The notes under the pieces: model-generated
Seen by the model: the letters and a program-made list of their open reading frames with translations, nothing else
Databases searched by the model: none
Told to the model about the DNA's origin: nothing
In this document: positions 49,342 to 58,881 of the stretch, piece by piece
Position numbering within the stretch: position 1 is the first letter of the stretch
Layout of the letters: each line of letters starts with the position of its first letter
Assembly (NCBI GenBank): GCA_964291675.2
Contig: OZ219866.1
Coordinates: forward strand, 2,272,001 to 2,336,000
Length of the DNA stretch: 64,000 bases
Origin: Alphaproteobacteria bacterium
GTDB lineage: Bacteria > Pseudomonadota > Alphaproteobacteria > MPNO01
Direction: 5' to 3'
Translations under genes and position numbers: made by a program

Positions 49342-51693
49342 TTGACCGACGGCTCGGCGACGCGGGAGAACGAAGCGCTCAGGGAGCGCATCTCGCGGCT
49401 CAGCGCGGCGATCCTGCGGATCAATGCAAGCCTCGACGTGGCCACCGTGCTACAGGAGGTCGTCGACAGCGCGCGCGCGCTCACCGCCGCCCGCTACGGC
49501 ATCATCGCCACCGTCGACGACGCCGGCGCGGTGCAGGATTTCGTGGCCTCGGGCTTCACCCAAGAGGAGCAGGACCGGCTCGCCAGCTGGCCCGACGGGC
49601 CGCGGCTTTTCGAACGGCTGCGCGACCGCCCCGGGCGGCTGCGCCTGGAGGACCTGCGGGACTGCCTGCCCTCGCTCGGCTTTTCCCCGGACCTGATGCC
49701 GCTCAGCACCCTGCAGGGCGTGCCGATGACCCACCGGGAGCGCCATGTCGGCAACTTCTTCCTCGCCGGGAAGGAGGGCGGCGGCGAGTTCACCGGCGAG
49801 GACGAGGAATTGCTGGTGCTGTTCGCCTCGCAGGCGGCGGCGACGATCGCCAACGCGCGCACCCACCGCGACGAACGCCGCGCCCGGGCCAATCTCGAAG
49901 CCCTGATCGACACATCTCCGGTGGGCGTCGTGGTCTTCGATGCGCGAACCGGGCGGCCGGTCTCGTTCAACCGCGAGGCGCGGCGCATCGTCGAGCAGCT
50001 CGGCAGCCCCGACCGCCCCGTCGAGCAGTTGCTCGAGGTCATCGCCTGCCGCTACGCCGACGGGCGCGAGCTTGCCCTCGACGAAGTGCCGCTGGCGCAG
50101 CAGCTCGGCAGCGCCACCGCGATGCGCGCCGAGGAGATGACGCTTTCGGTGCCCGACGGGCGCAGCATCAAGACGCTCCTCAATGTCACGCCGATCCACG
50201 GCGAGGACGGCGCGGTCGCCTCGGTCGTCGTCGCGGTGCAGGACCTCGCGCCGTTCGAGGAGCTCGACCGGCTGCGGGTGGAGTTCGTGGACATGGTGAG
50301 CCACGAGCTGCGCGCGCCGCTCGCCTCGATCAAGGGTTCCGCCGCCACCGTGCTCGGCGCCCGGCCGGTCCCCGCCCCGGCGGAGATGCTCCAGTTCTTC
50401 CGCATCATCGACGGGCAGGCCGACCGCATGCGCGGCCTGATCGCCGACCTGCTGGACGCGGGCAGCATCGAGGCGGGAACGCTCGCCGTCGTGCCCGAGC
50501 CGGCGGAGGTCTCCAGCCTGGTCGATCTGGCGCGCAACACCTTCCTGAGCGGCGGCGGCCGGCACAGGCTGCTTATCGACCTGCCGCCCGACCTGCCCCT
50601 TGTGATGGCCGACCGCGAGCGCATCGTCCAGGTGCTGAACAATCTGTTCGCCAACGCCGCCCGGCACGCGCCGGAATCGTCCCCCATCCGGGTCGAGGCG
50701 GCACGCCGCGGCGTCCATGTCGCGGTCGCGGTCTCCGACCGGGGCCAGGGCATCCCGGCGGAACGCATTCCGCTGCTGTTCCGCAAGCGCGCGCGCCTCG
50801 CCGACGGCGAGGGGAACGGGATCGGCGGCGCCGGGCTCGGGCTTGCGATCTGCAAGGGGCTGGTGGAAGCCCATGGCGGCCGCATCCGGGCCGAGAGCGC
50901 GGGCGCGGGCCAGGGCGCGCGGTTCACCTTCACCATCCCGGTGGCCGCCGCCGACGAGGCCGGCGCCGCTTCCGGCGAGACCCCCGGCGCGCGGGCGTCG
51001 CACGGCGGGGGCGAGCGGACGCGCATCCTCGCGGTGGACGACGACCCGCACGCGCTGCGCCAGGTCCGGGACGCGCTGTCCGAGGCCGGCTACGCTCCGC
51101 TGACCACCGGCGATCCGGGAGACCTCGCCCGCCTGATCCGCACGCAGCGGCCCCGGCTGGTCCTGCTCGACCTGATGCTGCCCGGAACCGACGGGATCGC
51201 GCTGATGGAGCGGATTCCCGAGCTCGGCGACCTGCCGGTGATCTTCATCTCCGGCTACGGAAGGGACGAGACCGTCGCCCGGGCGCTGGAGAGCGGCGCC
51301 GCCGACTACATCGTCAAGCCGTTCTCGTCGACCGAACTCGTCGCGCGCGTCGCGGCCGCGCTCAGGCGCACCGCGGGGGCGGAGCCGTTCGTGCTGGGGG
51401 ATCTCGCCATCCACTACGACGAGCGCCGGGCGAGCCTGGCCGGGCGCGCGGTGCCCCTCACCGCCACCGAGTGGGAGCTGCTGCGCATCTTGTCGGTCAA
51501 TGCCGGGCGGGTGGTGACCTCGGAGTCGCTGCTCCGCCAGGCCTGGGGCGCGCGCGACGCCTCGGACACCGAGCCGGTGCGCGCCTTCGTGAAGAAGCTC
51601 CGCGCCAAGCTCGGCGACGACGCCGCGAACCCCGCCTACATCTTCACCGAGCGCGGGGTCGGCTACCGCATGAAGCGGCCGGACGGCGCCTGA
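49342..51693 (+). CDS. Cytoplasmic hybrid sensor: GAF-PAS-HisKA-HATPase-REC-OmpR-type DNA-binding domain
   Basis: SHELRAPL, NL.ANA, DRGQGI, GLGLAI, AVDDD, LDLMLPG.DG, KPF and LT..E..LL...TERGVGY; no TM segment; start at 49300 or 49342. Confidence 0.9.
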   Translation: MTDGSATRENEALRERISRLSAAILRINASLDVATVLQEVVDSARALTAARYGIIATVDDAGAVQDFVASGFTQEEQDRLASWPDGPRLFERLRDRPGRLRLEDLRDCLPSLGFSPDLMPLSTLQGVPMTHRERHVGNFFLAGKEGGGEFTGEDEELLVLFASQAAATIANARTHRDERRARANLEALIDTSPVGVVVFDARTGRPVSFNREARRIVEQLGSPDRPVEQLLEVIACRYADGRELALDEVPLAQQLGSATAMRAEEMTLSVPDGRSIKTLLNVTPIHGEDGAVASVVVAVQDLAPFEELDRLRVEFVDMVSHELRAPLASIKGSAATVLGARPVPAPAEMLQFFRIIDGQADRMRGLIADLLDAGSIEAGTLAVVPEPAEVSSLVDLARNTFLSGGGRHRLLIDLPPDLPLVMADRERIVQVLNNLFANAARHAPESSPIRVEAARRGVHVAVAVSDRGQGIPAERIPLLFRKRARLADGEGNGIGGAGLGLAICKGLVEAHGGRIRAESAGAGQGARFTFTIPVAAADEAGAASGETPGARASHGGGERTRILAVDDDPHALRQVRDALSEAGYAPLTTGDPGDLARLIRTQRPRLVLLDLMLPGTDGIALMERIPELGDLPVIFISGYGRDETVARALESGAADYIVKPFSSTELVARVAAALRRTAGAEPFVLGDLAIHYDERRASLAGRAVPLTATEWELLRILSVNAGRVVTSESLLRQAWGARDASDTEPVRAFVKKLRAKLGDDAANPAYIFTERGVGYRMKRPDGA

Positions 51694-51705
51694 GCCGCTC
51701 CCGCC

Positions 51706-52584
51706 TCAGGCGAGCGCGGTCTCGAACAGGGCGAGCAGCCGGCTCCAGGCGCGCTCCGCCTGGGCTTCGTGGTAGACGGCGGAGTCCGGCGGGCACCAGC
51801 CGTGCAGGGTTCCCGCATAGACCTCGATCTCGGCCGGCAGCTTCGCCGCGGCGAAGGCCTCGCGCAGGACGTCCTTGGACTTCGGCTCCTTCTTGTCGTC
51901 GTTCTCCGCGATCGCGAACAGGTACCGCGCGCGCAGCTTCGGCACCAGCAGATGCGGGCTGTCGGGCCGGTCGGTCACCAGCCTGCCGCCGTGGAACGAC
52001 GCGCCGGCGCCGATCCGGTCGGGGAACGCCGCCGCCGTGCGCATGGTCATCGCGCCGCCCATGCAGTACCCCGTCGTTCCCATCTTGCGGTCCCTGGCCA
52101 CCGCCTTCTGGGCGTCGAGGAAGCCGACGAAGGCCGTCGCGTCCGTCACCGTCCGCTCGGGGGTCAGCGAGCGCATCAGGGGAAACACCTTCTTGCGCGT
52201 CGCCTCGTCGCGGAACGAGGCGCCCTCCGGCAGGATCGGCGCCCGCTCGGCCCGGTAGAAGGGGTTGACCGTCAGCACCGCGTAGCCCGATTCGGCGAGC
52301 CGCCGCCCCATCCGCTCGAAGGCGGGCCGGAGGCCGAGCGCGTCGGGCCAGATCAGCACGCCCGGATGGGCGCCGCTCGCCGGGTGGACGAAGTGGCAAT
52401 CCGCCGTGCCGTCGGGCGTCTTCACCTCGACATTCGCGGCCGTCACCTCGAGCGCGTTCGCGGCCCGCGGCAGCAGCATCGCCAGCCCTGTCCCGGCCGA
52501 CAGCGCGCCGAACCCGCGCCGGCTCAGCCTGCCCGAACCGCGCAGGTAATCCTCCGCGTCGCGGATCGTTCTGTCGTCGCACAT
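51706..52584 (-). CDS. Dienelactone hydrolase family protein with a twin-arginine-like leader
   Basis: GYCMGG nucleophile, AEND and HGW; N-terminal LSRRGFG. Confidence 0.9.
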   Translation of the reverse strand: MCDDRTIRDAEDYLRGSGRLSRRGFGALSAGTGLAMLLPRAANALEVTAANVEVKTPDGTADCHFVHPASGAHPGVLIWPDALGLRPAFERMGRRLAESGYAVLTVNPFYRAERAPILPEGASFRDEATRKKVFPLMRSLTPERTVTDATAFVGFLDAQKAVARDRKMGTTGYCMGGAMTMRTAAAFPDRIGAGASFHGGRLVTDRPDSPHLLVPKLRARYLFAIAENDDKKEPKSKDVLREAFAAAKLPAEIEVYAGTLHGWCPPDSAVYHEAQAERAWSRLLALFETALA

Positions 52585-52912
52585 GGGTGTTGCCCTCTCC
52601 TGTGGATCGCTTCGCAGCGTAGCACGAACGCGCGCCGGCCTCCCCGCCGTCTTCGACAATTTCCAATGAGCATCATCAGAAAATTGTTCTGGTTGCCGCG
52701 CCGGCGCGCCCCACCTGACTGGTGAACTCGCCGTCTTCCGGCGGGTCCCCCGAAGCAGGTTGAAGGGGAGTCGGGAATGGTCTCACGCAGCGCCGCCGCA
52801 GGCCCGCCGCCCGGGTCCGGCGGCGCGTTCCGCGACCGGGCTCCCGACCCCCGGCCCGACGCCGTGCACGGCTATCCGCGCGCGGCGTTTTCATTTCCAG
52901 AGGAACGCATTC

Positions 52913-55900
52913 ATGACCGACCTCCCTGTCTTTCCGGCCGCTCTCGGGACAACGGCACGGGAAACGCGTGACAGCCGCCGCCCCGCGCGCGGGTTTTTCA
53001 TCGCCATGCTGCGCCGGGCCGTCCAGGCCATGGCCGCCGCGGCGGCGTTCCACGGTGCCGGCGCGCCGGTCCAGGCGTTTCCCGGACTCGACCGACCGAA
53101 GGTGACCATCGCCGCGGAGCGCGGTTCCTACGGCTTCGGCATCGACGACGTCGTCTTCAGGCTTCGACGCGCGGGTCCGGCCGACGAGGCGCTCTCCGTG
53201 CGGGTTTCGCTCGCCCAGGCCCAGCTCTATCTGCCGGCCGACCGGCTCGACGCGGTGGTGCGGTTCTGGCCGGACGAGAGGGAAGCGGAGTTCCGCATCC
53301 GCGCGCGGGAGTTCAACGGCCCGGCGACGGAATCCGGCGTGCTTGCAGCGACGCTGGTCCATGCATTCAGCTACACGGTGGGACGCCCCAACACCGCGCG
53401 GACGCGCATGGTCGTGAACGACCCGGCGATCACGGTGCGGCCGGAGCAGGCCTCCTACAGCGTGAACGAGAGCGACGGCGCGGTGCGTGTGACCTTCGTC
53501 GCCCGCACCGCGCCCGACCTGCCCCGGCCCGCCAAGGCGTTCTCCATCGCGGTCTCGTCAAAGGCGGGAGGCGACGATGCGGTCGCGCGCGCCCGTACCA
53601 GGGCCGTTTCGCGAACCATCGACTTCAGGCCGCGCGACTTCGCCGGCGAGGACGGGGAATGGCAGGCACGCAAGACGGTTTCGATTGCCATGCCGGAAGC
53701 AGACGAGGGCCTGGAGGTGATGTTCCAGCGCGCGGCGTCGACGCCGGAGCGAATCCGGCCGCGCAACGCCGACGGCACCCCCTGCGCGAACGATGTCTGC
53801 ATGGTGCCGGTAACCATGGCCCAGCGCGACGGTCCCACGCTCACCATCGCGGCGGGAAGCGACACTTACGGATACCAGATCGACGACGTCGTCTTCACCG
53901 TAACGCGCACCGGACCGGCCGAAGAGGAGGTCGGCGGCAGCGTGACGATCGCGCAGGAAGACACCTACCTGCCTGCGGGGAGCCTGAGCTGGACGTTCAC
54001 CATCCCCGCGAACGAGACCACCGCCTCGCACACGTTCTCGAGGTCGGAGTTCTCCGGCGGGGCGTCGCAGACGGGCGATCTAACCGCAACGCTCGATGAT
54101 GGCGACGGCTACGAGGTGGGCACGCCGGGCGCGGCGACCGTCAGCATGGTCGTGGCGGACCCGGCGATCACGGTCCGGCCGGAGCACGCTGCCTACAGCT
54201 TCGACGAAGGCGACGATGCGGCGAGCGTGACCTTCATCGCCCGCACCGCGCCCGGCCTGCCCCGCCCCGGCACTGCGTTTTCCGTCACGGTCTCCGCGAA
54301 AGCCAGATCTGACGGGGCCGGCTCGCCGGACGATTACGCGGCCCTTTCGGAAACGATTGCCTTCGAGCCCGACGACTTCACGGCCTCGGGCAGCGAATGG
54401 GAGGCGCGCAAGGAGATCGCGCTCACGCTCGTCGACGACGGCGAGGACGAAGGCGACGAGACCTTCGATCTGGAGCTGGAGATGACGCCAGGACTGCCGA
54501 ACCGGATCGGGCTTCGCCAGGCCGACGGCAGCGCCTGCCCGGACGAGGGCTGCCTGACACCGGTGACCATCTCCGATCCCTCGGAGGATCCGGTCCTGAC
54601 CATCGCGGCGGGGCGCGACACCTACGGATACCAGATCGACGACGTCGTCTTCACCGTAACGCGCACCGGACCGGCCGAAGAGGAGATCGGCGGCAGCGTG
54701 ACGATCGCGCAGGAACACACCTATCTGCCTGCGGCGAGCCTGAGCTGGACGTTCACCATCCCCGCGAACGAGACGGCCGCCTCGCACACGCTCTCAAGGT
54801 CGGATTTCTCCGGCGGGGCGACGCAGACGGGCGATCTGACCGCGACGCTCGATGATGGCGACGGCTACGCGGTGGGCACGCCGGGCGCGGCGACCGTCAG
54901 CATGGTCGTGGCGGACCCGGCGATCACGGTCCGGCCGGAGCACGCCGCCTACAGCTTCGACGAAGACGACGATGCGGCGAGCGTGACCTTCATCGCCCGC
55001 ACCGCGCCTGACGTGCCCCGCCCCGGCACTGCGTTTTCCGTCACGGTCTCCGCGAAAGCCAGATCTGACGGGGCCGGCTCGCCGGACGATTACGCGGCCC
55101 TTTCGGAAACGATTGCCTTCGCGACCGACGACTTCACGGCCTCGGGCAGCGAATGGGAGGCGCGCAAGGAGATCGCGCTCACGCTCGTCGACGACGGCGA
55201 GGACGAAGGCGACGAGACCTTCGACCTGGAGCTGGAGGGTACGACGGAATTGCCGAACCGGATCGGGCTTCGCCAGGCCGACGGCAGCGCCTGCCCGGAT
55301 CAGGGCTGCCTGACGCCGGTGACCATCCGCGACAACGACGGCCTGGCGGCGAACGGGCTTGCAATCACGCCCGTGCCGCCGGCGGCAAGCGCCGACCATG
55401 GCCCCTACTACACCAAGAAGGACTTCCTCGCCCTGCCGGACGACACCGTGCACGGCCGGGGCGCGACGCTCACCTTCACGCTTACCCTCACTGACGAGGT
55501 TATCGTCACCGGGTCGCCCGAGCTGGTGCTCGACATCTTCGACCGCGAGCGCCGGGCGCGCTACACCGGCGGCTCGGGCACGCGGCGGCTGACCTTCGTG
55601 TGGACGGTTCAGAAGGGCGACAACGACCCCAACGGGCTGGAGGTCCGCTCCCTCGACCTCAAGGGCGGCACGATCCGCGACCGCGAAGGCCGCGATCTGC
55701 TGCCGCAGACCATCCCGCCGCACCACTTTGCCGAGCACCGGGTGCGCGGCGGGCTCTTCGCCATGCGACTGGAAGCCGCCGGCTCGGCGCGGGAGGGCGA
55801 GCCCTTCGAGATCCGGGTGATCCGCAACGGCGGCTACGACGAGGTGGCGGTGGCCATGGTCGGCGTGGCCGACAGCTTCCTGTCCCTCATAGAGTCGTCG

Positions 55901-57934
55901 CACCACTACGCGGTGAACGGGCCCGGCCGACGGCAGTTCGACTTCGATGACGGGGAGCCGAGCGAGCCCGGCGTGCGGGTCTCGACGCGCACCATGACGC
56001 CGCCCGGCGACGGCATCGCCGACGCATCGCGCACGATGACGGTGCGGCTCACCGGGACCGACGCGGGCTTCCAGTCGACCCCGCCGCTCGGCGACTACCG
56101 GGCCTGGTACCTGACCGAGGGGCCGCTTGAGGTGACGGTGCCGGTGATCGACACCGGGCAGCCGCTGGCGATGGCCGGTCTCCGGGTCCACGGGGCCTCG
56201 GCGCGCGAGGCGCCGGGCGCGAAGCTCGTCTTCCGTGTCACCCTGTCGCCCCGCAGCGAAGCCCCGGTGACGGTGGACTACCGGACCGGAGACGACCCGC
56301 ACAACGAGCCCAAGGCGGTCGCCGACGAGGACTATGTGGCAATCGACGGAAAGCTGACCTTCGAGCCCGGCGAGCAGGAGAAGACGGTCGAGGTGGAGGT
56401 GCTGCCCGACGACCATGACGAGGGTTTGGAAACCATGCGGCTCTTCCTGTCGAACGCCGTGGGCGCGCGCATCGACACGGCCTCGGGGCTCGGCGTCATC
56501 AAGAACGACGGGCCGATCCCGCGAGCGTGGATCGCGCGCTTCGGGCGCACGGTGGCCGACCAGGTGCTGGGCGCGGTCGAGAGCCGGATGCGGGCGGCGC
56601 GCAAGCCCGGCGCCGAGGTGACGCTCGCCGGCCAGCGGGTCGGCGGCCGGGCGCCGAAGGACGACGCGGACGCGGCAGCCGGCTCGGCCTGGCCGGACCC
56701 CGTCGGGTTTGGTTCGCCGGAGTCGCGTGGTGCCACGGCACACGACCTGCTCGGCGGCACGTCCTTCACAGTCACGGGCGAGGCCGGGCGGGGCGGATAC
56801 ATGTCCCTCTGGGGCCGCGGCGCCGTCACCCGCTTCGACGGCCGCGAGGACGAGCTCACGCTCGACGGCGAGGTCGCGAGCGCCATGGTCGGCGTCGACT
56901 GGGTCCGGGGGAGCTGGACCGCCGGCCTGATCGCCTCGCGCAGCGACGCCGAGGGCGGCTACGCCGGCCACGGCAAGGGCCGGGCGGAAGCCACGGCGAC
57001 AGGCCTCTGGCCCTGGGGGCGGCTCGCGCTCACCGACAGCGTGGAGGCATGGGGCGCCGCCGGCTACGGCACGGGCGAGCTTTCCGTGACGCCCGCGACG
57101 CCGGGAACGAAGGAGGACGGCGCGACGGCCCGCACCGATCTCGATCTGCGGATGGCGGCGGCCGGGCTGCGCGGGGTGCTGGTCGACGGCGGCAGCGACG
57201 GGCTCTCGCTCACCGGCAAGACCGACGCGACGATCGTCGGGACATCGTCCGACGAAGCGCGCGGATCCGACGGCGGCGGCCTGGCCCGCGCGAGCGCCAG
57301 GGTGACTCGCCTGCGCCTCGGCCTGGAAGGGGAGCGTCCCATCCGGCTCGACGACGGCGGGACCCTGACGCCGTTCGCCGAGATCGGCATGCGCCGCGAT
57401 GGCGGCGACGCGGAGACGGGCTTCGGCGTCGATCTGGGCGGCGGCATCGCCTGGACCCTGCCGGCGCACGGCCTGCGGATCGAGCTGCGCGGGCGCGGCC
57501 TGCTGACCCACGAGGCGGAGGGCTTCCGCGAGCGCGGCTTCTCCGGCGCGCTCTCCTGGGACCCCGTGCCGTCCTCGGCGCGCGGCCCGGCGCTGACCCT
57601 GACCCGGAGCGCCGACGGCCCGGCCTCGGGCGGCGCCGATGCGGTGCTGGCGCCCGCCGCGCTGCCCAGAATCGGCGCGAAGCCGCAACGCCGGCTGGAG
57701 GCACGGCTCGGCTATGGCTTCGCGGCCTGGAGCGGGCGGTTCGTGTCGGTCCCCGAAATCGGTCTCGGGCTCGGCGAAACCGGCCGGGAGTACCGCCTGG
57801 GCTGGCGCCTGGCGGGCGAGGGTCTCCCCGGCCCCGGCGCGCTCGCGCTGTCGGCGGAAATCCGCCGGTCTGAGCCGGCAGGCGGAAATCCGGCCCAGCA
57901 CCGCGTGGGCGCGCGGCTTTCCGCCCGGTGGTAG
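52913..57934 (+). CDS. Large autotransporter-like surface protein with tandem repeats and Calx-beta-like domains
   Basis: Acidic beta-rich repeats, Calx-like motifs (VTVDYRT, LTFEPGE.EKTVEV, DDGEDEGDETF), AWIARFGRTVA linker and amphipathic C-terminal strands ending in W; start at 52913 or 53006. Confidence 0.8.
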   Translation: MTDLPVFPAALGTTARETRDSRRPARGFFIAMLRRAVQAMAAAAAFHGAGAPVQAFPGLDRPKVTIAAERGSYGFGIDDVVFRLRRAGPADEALSVRVSLAQAQLYLPADRLDAVVRFWPDEREAEFRIRAREFNGPATESGVLAATLVHAFSYTVGRPNTARTRMVVNDPAITVRPEQASYSVNESDGAVRVTFVARTAPDLPRPAKAFSIAVSSKAGGDDAVARARTRAVSRTIDFRPRDFAGEDGEWQARKTVSIAMPEADEGLEVMFQRAASTPERIRPRNADGTPCANDVCMVPVTMAQRDGPTLTIAAGSDTYGYQIDDVVFTVTRTGPAEEEVGGSVTIAQEDTYLPAGSLSWTFTIPANETTASHTFSRSEFSGGASQTGDLTATLDDGDGYEVGTPGAATVSMVVADPAITVRPEHAAYSFDEGDDAASVTFIARTAPGLPRPGTAFSVTVSAKARSDGAGSPDDYAALSETIAFEPDDFTASGSEWEARKEIALTLVDDGEDEGDETFDLELEMTPGLPNRIGLRQADGSACPDEGCLTPVTISDPSEDPVLTIAAGRDTYGYQIDDVVFTVTRTGPAEEEIGGSVTIAQEHTYLPAASLSWTFTIPANETAASHTLSRSDFSGGATQTGDLTATLDDGDGYAVGTPGAATVSMVVADPAITVRPEHAAYSFDEDDDAASVTFIARTAPDVPRPGTAFSVTVSAKARSDGAGSPDDYAALSETIAFATDDFTASGSEWEARKEIALTLVDDGEDEGDETFDLELEGTTELPNRIGLRQADGSACPDQGCLTPVTIRDNDGLAANGLAITPVPPAASADHGPYYTKKDFLALPDDTVHGRGATLTFTLTLTDEVIVTGSPELVLDIFDRERRARYTGGSGTRRLTFVWTVQKGDNDPNGLEVRSLDLKGGTIRDREGRDLLPQTIPPHHFAEHRVRGGLFAMRLEAAGSAREGEPFEIRVIRNGGYDEVAVAMVGVADSFLSLIESSHHYAVNGPGRRQFDFDDGEPSEPGVRVSTRTMTPPGDGIADASRTMTVRLTGTDAGFQSTPPLGDYRAWYLTEGPLEVTVPVIDTGQPLAMAGLRVHGASAREAPGAKLVFRVTLSPRSEAPVTVDYRTGDDPHNEPKAVADEDYVAIDGKLTFEPGEQEKTVEVEVLPDDHDEGLETMRLFLSNAVGARIDTASGLGVIKNDGPIPRAWIARFGRTVADQVLGAVESRMRAARKPGAEVTLAGQRVGGRAPKDDADAAAGSAWPDPVGFGSPESRGATAHDLLGGTSFTVTGEAGRGGYMSLWGRGAVTRFDGREDELTLDGEVASAMVGVDWVRGSWTAGLIASRSDAEGGYAGHGKGRAEATATGLWPWGRLALTDSVEAWGAAGYGTGELSVTPATPGTKEDGATARTDLDLRMAAAGLRGVLVDGGSDGLSLTGKTDATIVGTSSDEARGSDGGGLARASARVTRLRLGLEGERPIRLDDGGTLTPFAEIGMRRDGGDAETGFGVDLGGGIAWTLPAHGLRIELRGRGLLTHEAEGFRERGFSGALSWDPVPSSARGPALTLTRSADGPASGGADAVLAPAALPRIGAKPQRRLEARLGYGFAAWSGRFVSVPEIGLGLGETGREYRLGWRLAGEGLPGPGALALSAEIRRSEPAGGNPAQHRVGARLSARW
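53105..55330 (+). repeat. Intragenic tandem repeat, three units (738-bp then 756-bp period)
   Basis: ACCATCGC starts at 53105, 53843 and 54599; GGATACCAGATCGACGACG at 53870 and 54626; units 2 and 3 share long identical stretches. Confidence 0.9.
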
Positions 57935-58002
57935 AACGGGCGAATCGGCCCCCATCGGTGCCGCCGCCGCGTGATAGGTTAGGGCGTCACGGGGAGGCGG
58001 CG

Positions 58003-58878
58003 ATGAAACCGAGGCAGTGCGGAGACGTCGGCATCTGGGCGGTGCGCGAGGCGGTCGCGCCCTATCGCGACCCGCTGGAGGTCTATCCCGACGCCACCCC
58101 CGAGATGGTCGACCGGCACCGTCACTGGCTGGAGCCCGAATGCCTCGACCGCGAGTCCGGGAAGATGATCTTCGCCTTCCAGAGCTATCTGGTCAGGACC
58201 GGCCGCTACACCATCCTGATCGATTGCTGCGTCGGCGAGGACAAGGAGCGCCCCGACTTCCCCAACTGGCACCGCCGGAAATGGCCCTGGCTGGCCAATC
58301 TGAAAGCCGCCGGGGCGACGCCGGAAGACATCGACTTCGTGTTCTGCACCCACCTCCACATCGACCACGTGGGCTGGAACACCAGGCTGGAGAACGGACG
58401 CTGGGTGCCGACCTTCCCCAACGCCACCTATCTGTTCGGCGAGGCCGAGTACCGCTACTGGGAGGTGGCGCACAAGGATATCGGCTACATGCACGGCATG
58501 TTCGTCGACAGCGTGCTGCCGGTGGTCGAGGCCGGCAGGGTCGCCTTCGTCGACGAGGATTTCGAGATCGACACCGGCTTCACCATCGAGCCCACGCCGG
58601 GGCACACGCCGGGCCACAACTGCCTCAACCTCGCCCGCGGCGGCGAGACGGTGGTGTTCTCCGGCGACCTCATGCACCACCCGCTGCAGGTGCCGGAGCC
58701 GCAGCTCTCGACCGTCTACTGCGTCCGCCCGGACGAGTCGCGCAGCACCCGGACCGCCTTCGTCGAACGCTACGCCGATACCGACACGGTGATCCTGCCG
58801 GCCCATTTCCCGGGCGCGTCGGCGGGCCGCATCCGGGCGCGCAACGGCGCCACCCTGTTCGACTTCTGCGAGGAGTGA
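58003..58878 (+). CDS. MBL-fold metallo-hydrolase
   Basis: THLHIDHVG, PGHTPGH, SGD and PAHF motifs. Confidence 0.9.
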   Translation: MKPRQCGDVGIWAVREAVAPYRDPLEVYPDATPEMVDRHRHWLEPECLDRESGKMIFAFQSYLVRTGRYTILIDCCVGEDKERPDFPNWHRRKWPWLANLKAAGATPEDIDFVFCTHLHIDHVGWNTRLENGRWVPTFPNATYLFGEAEYRYWEVAHKDIGYMHGMFVDSVLPVVEAGRVAFVDEDFEIDTGFTIEPTPGHTPGHNCLNLARGGETVVFSGDLMHHPLQVPEPQLSTVYCVRPDESRSTRTAFVERYADTDTVILPAHFPGASAGRIRARNGATLFDFCEE

Positions 58879-58881
58879 CGC

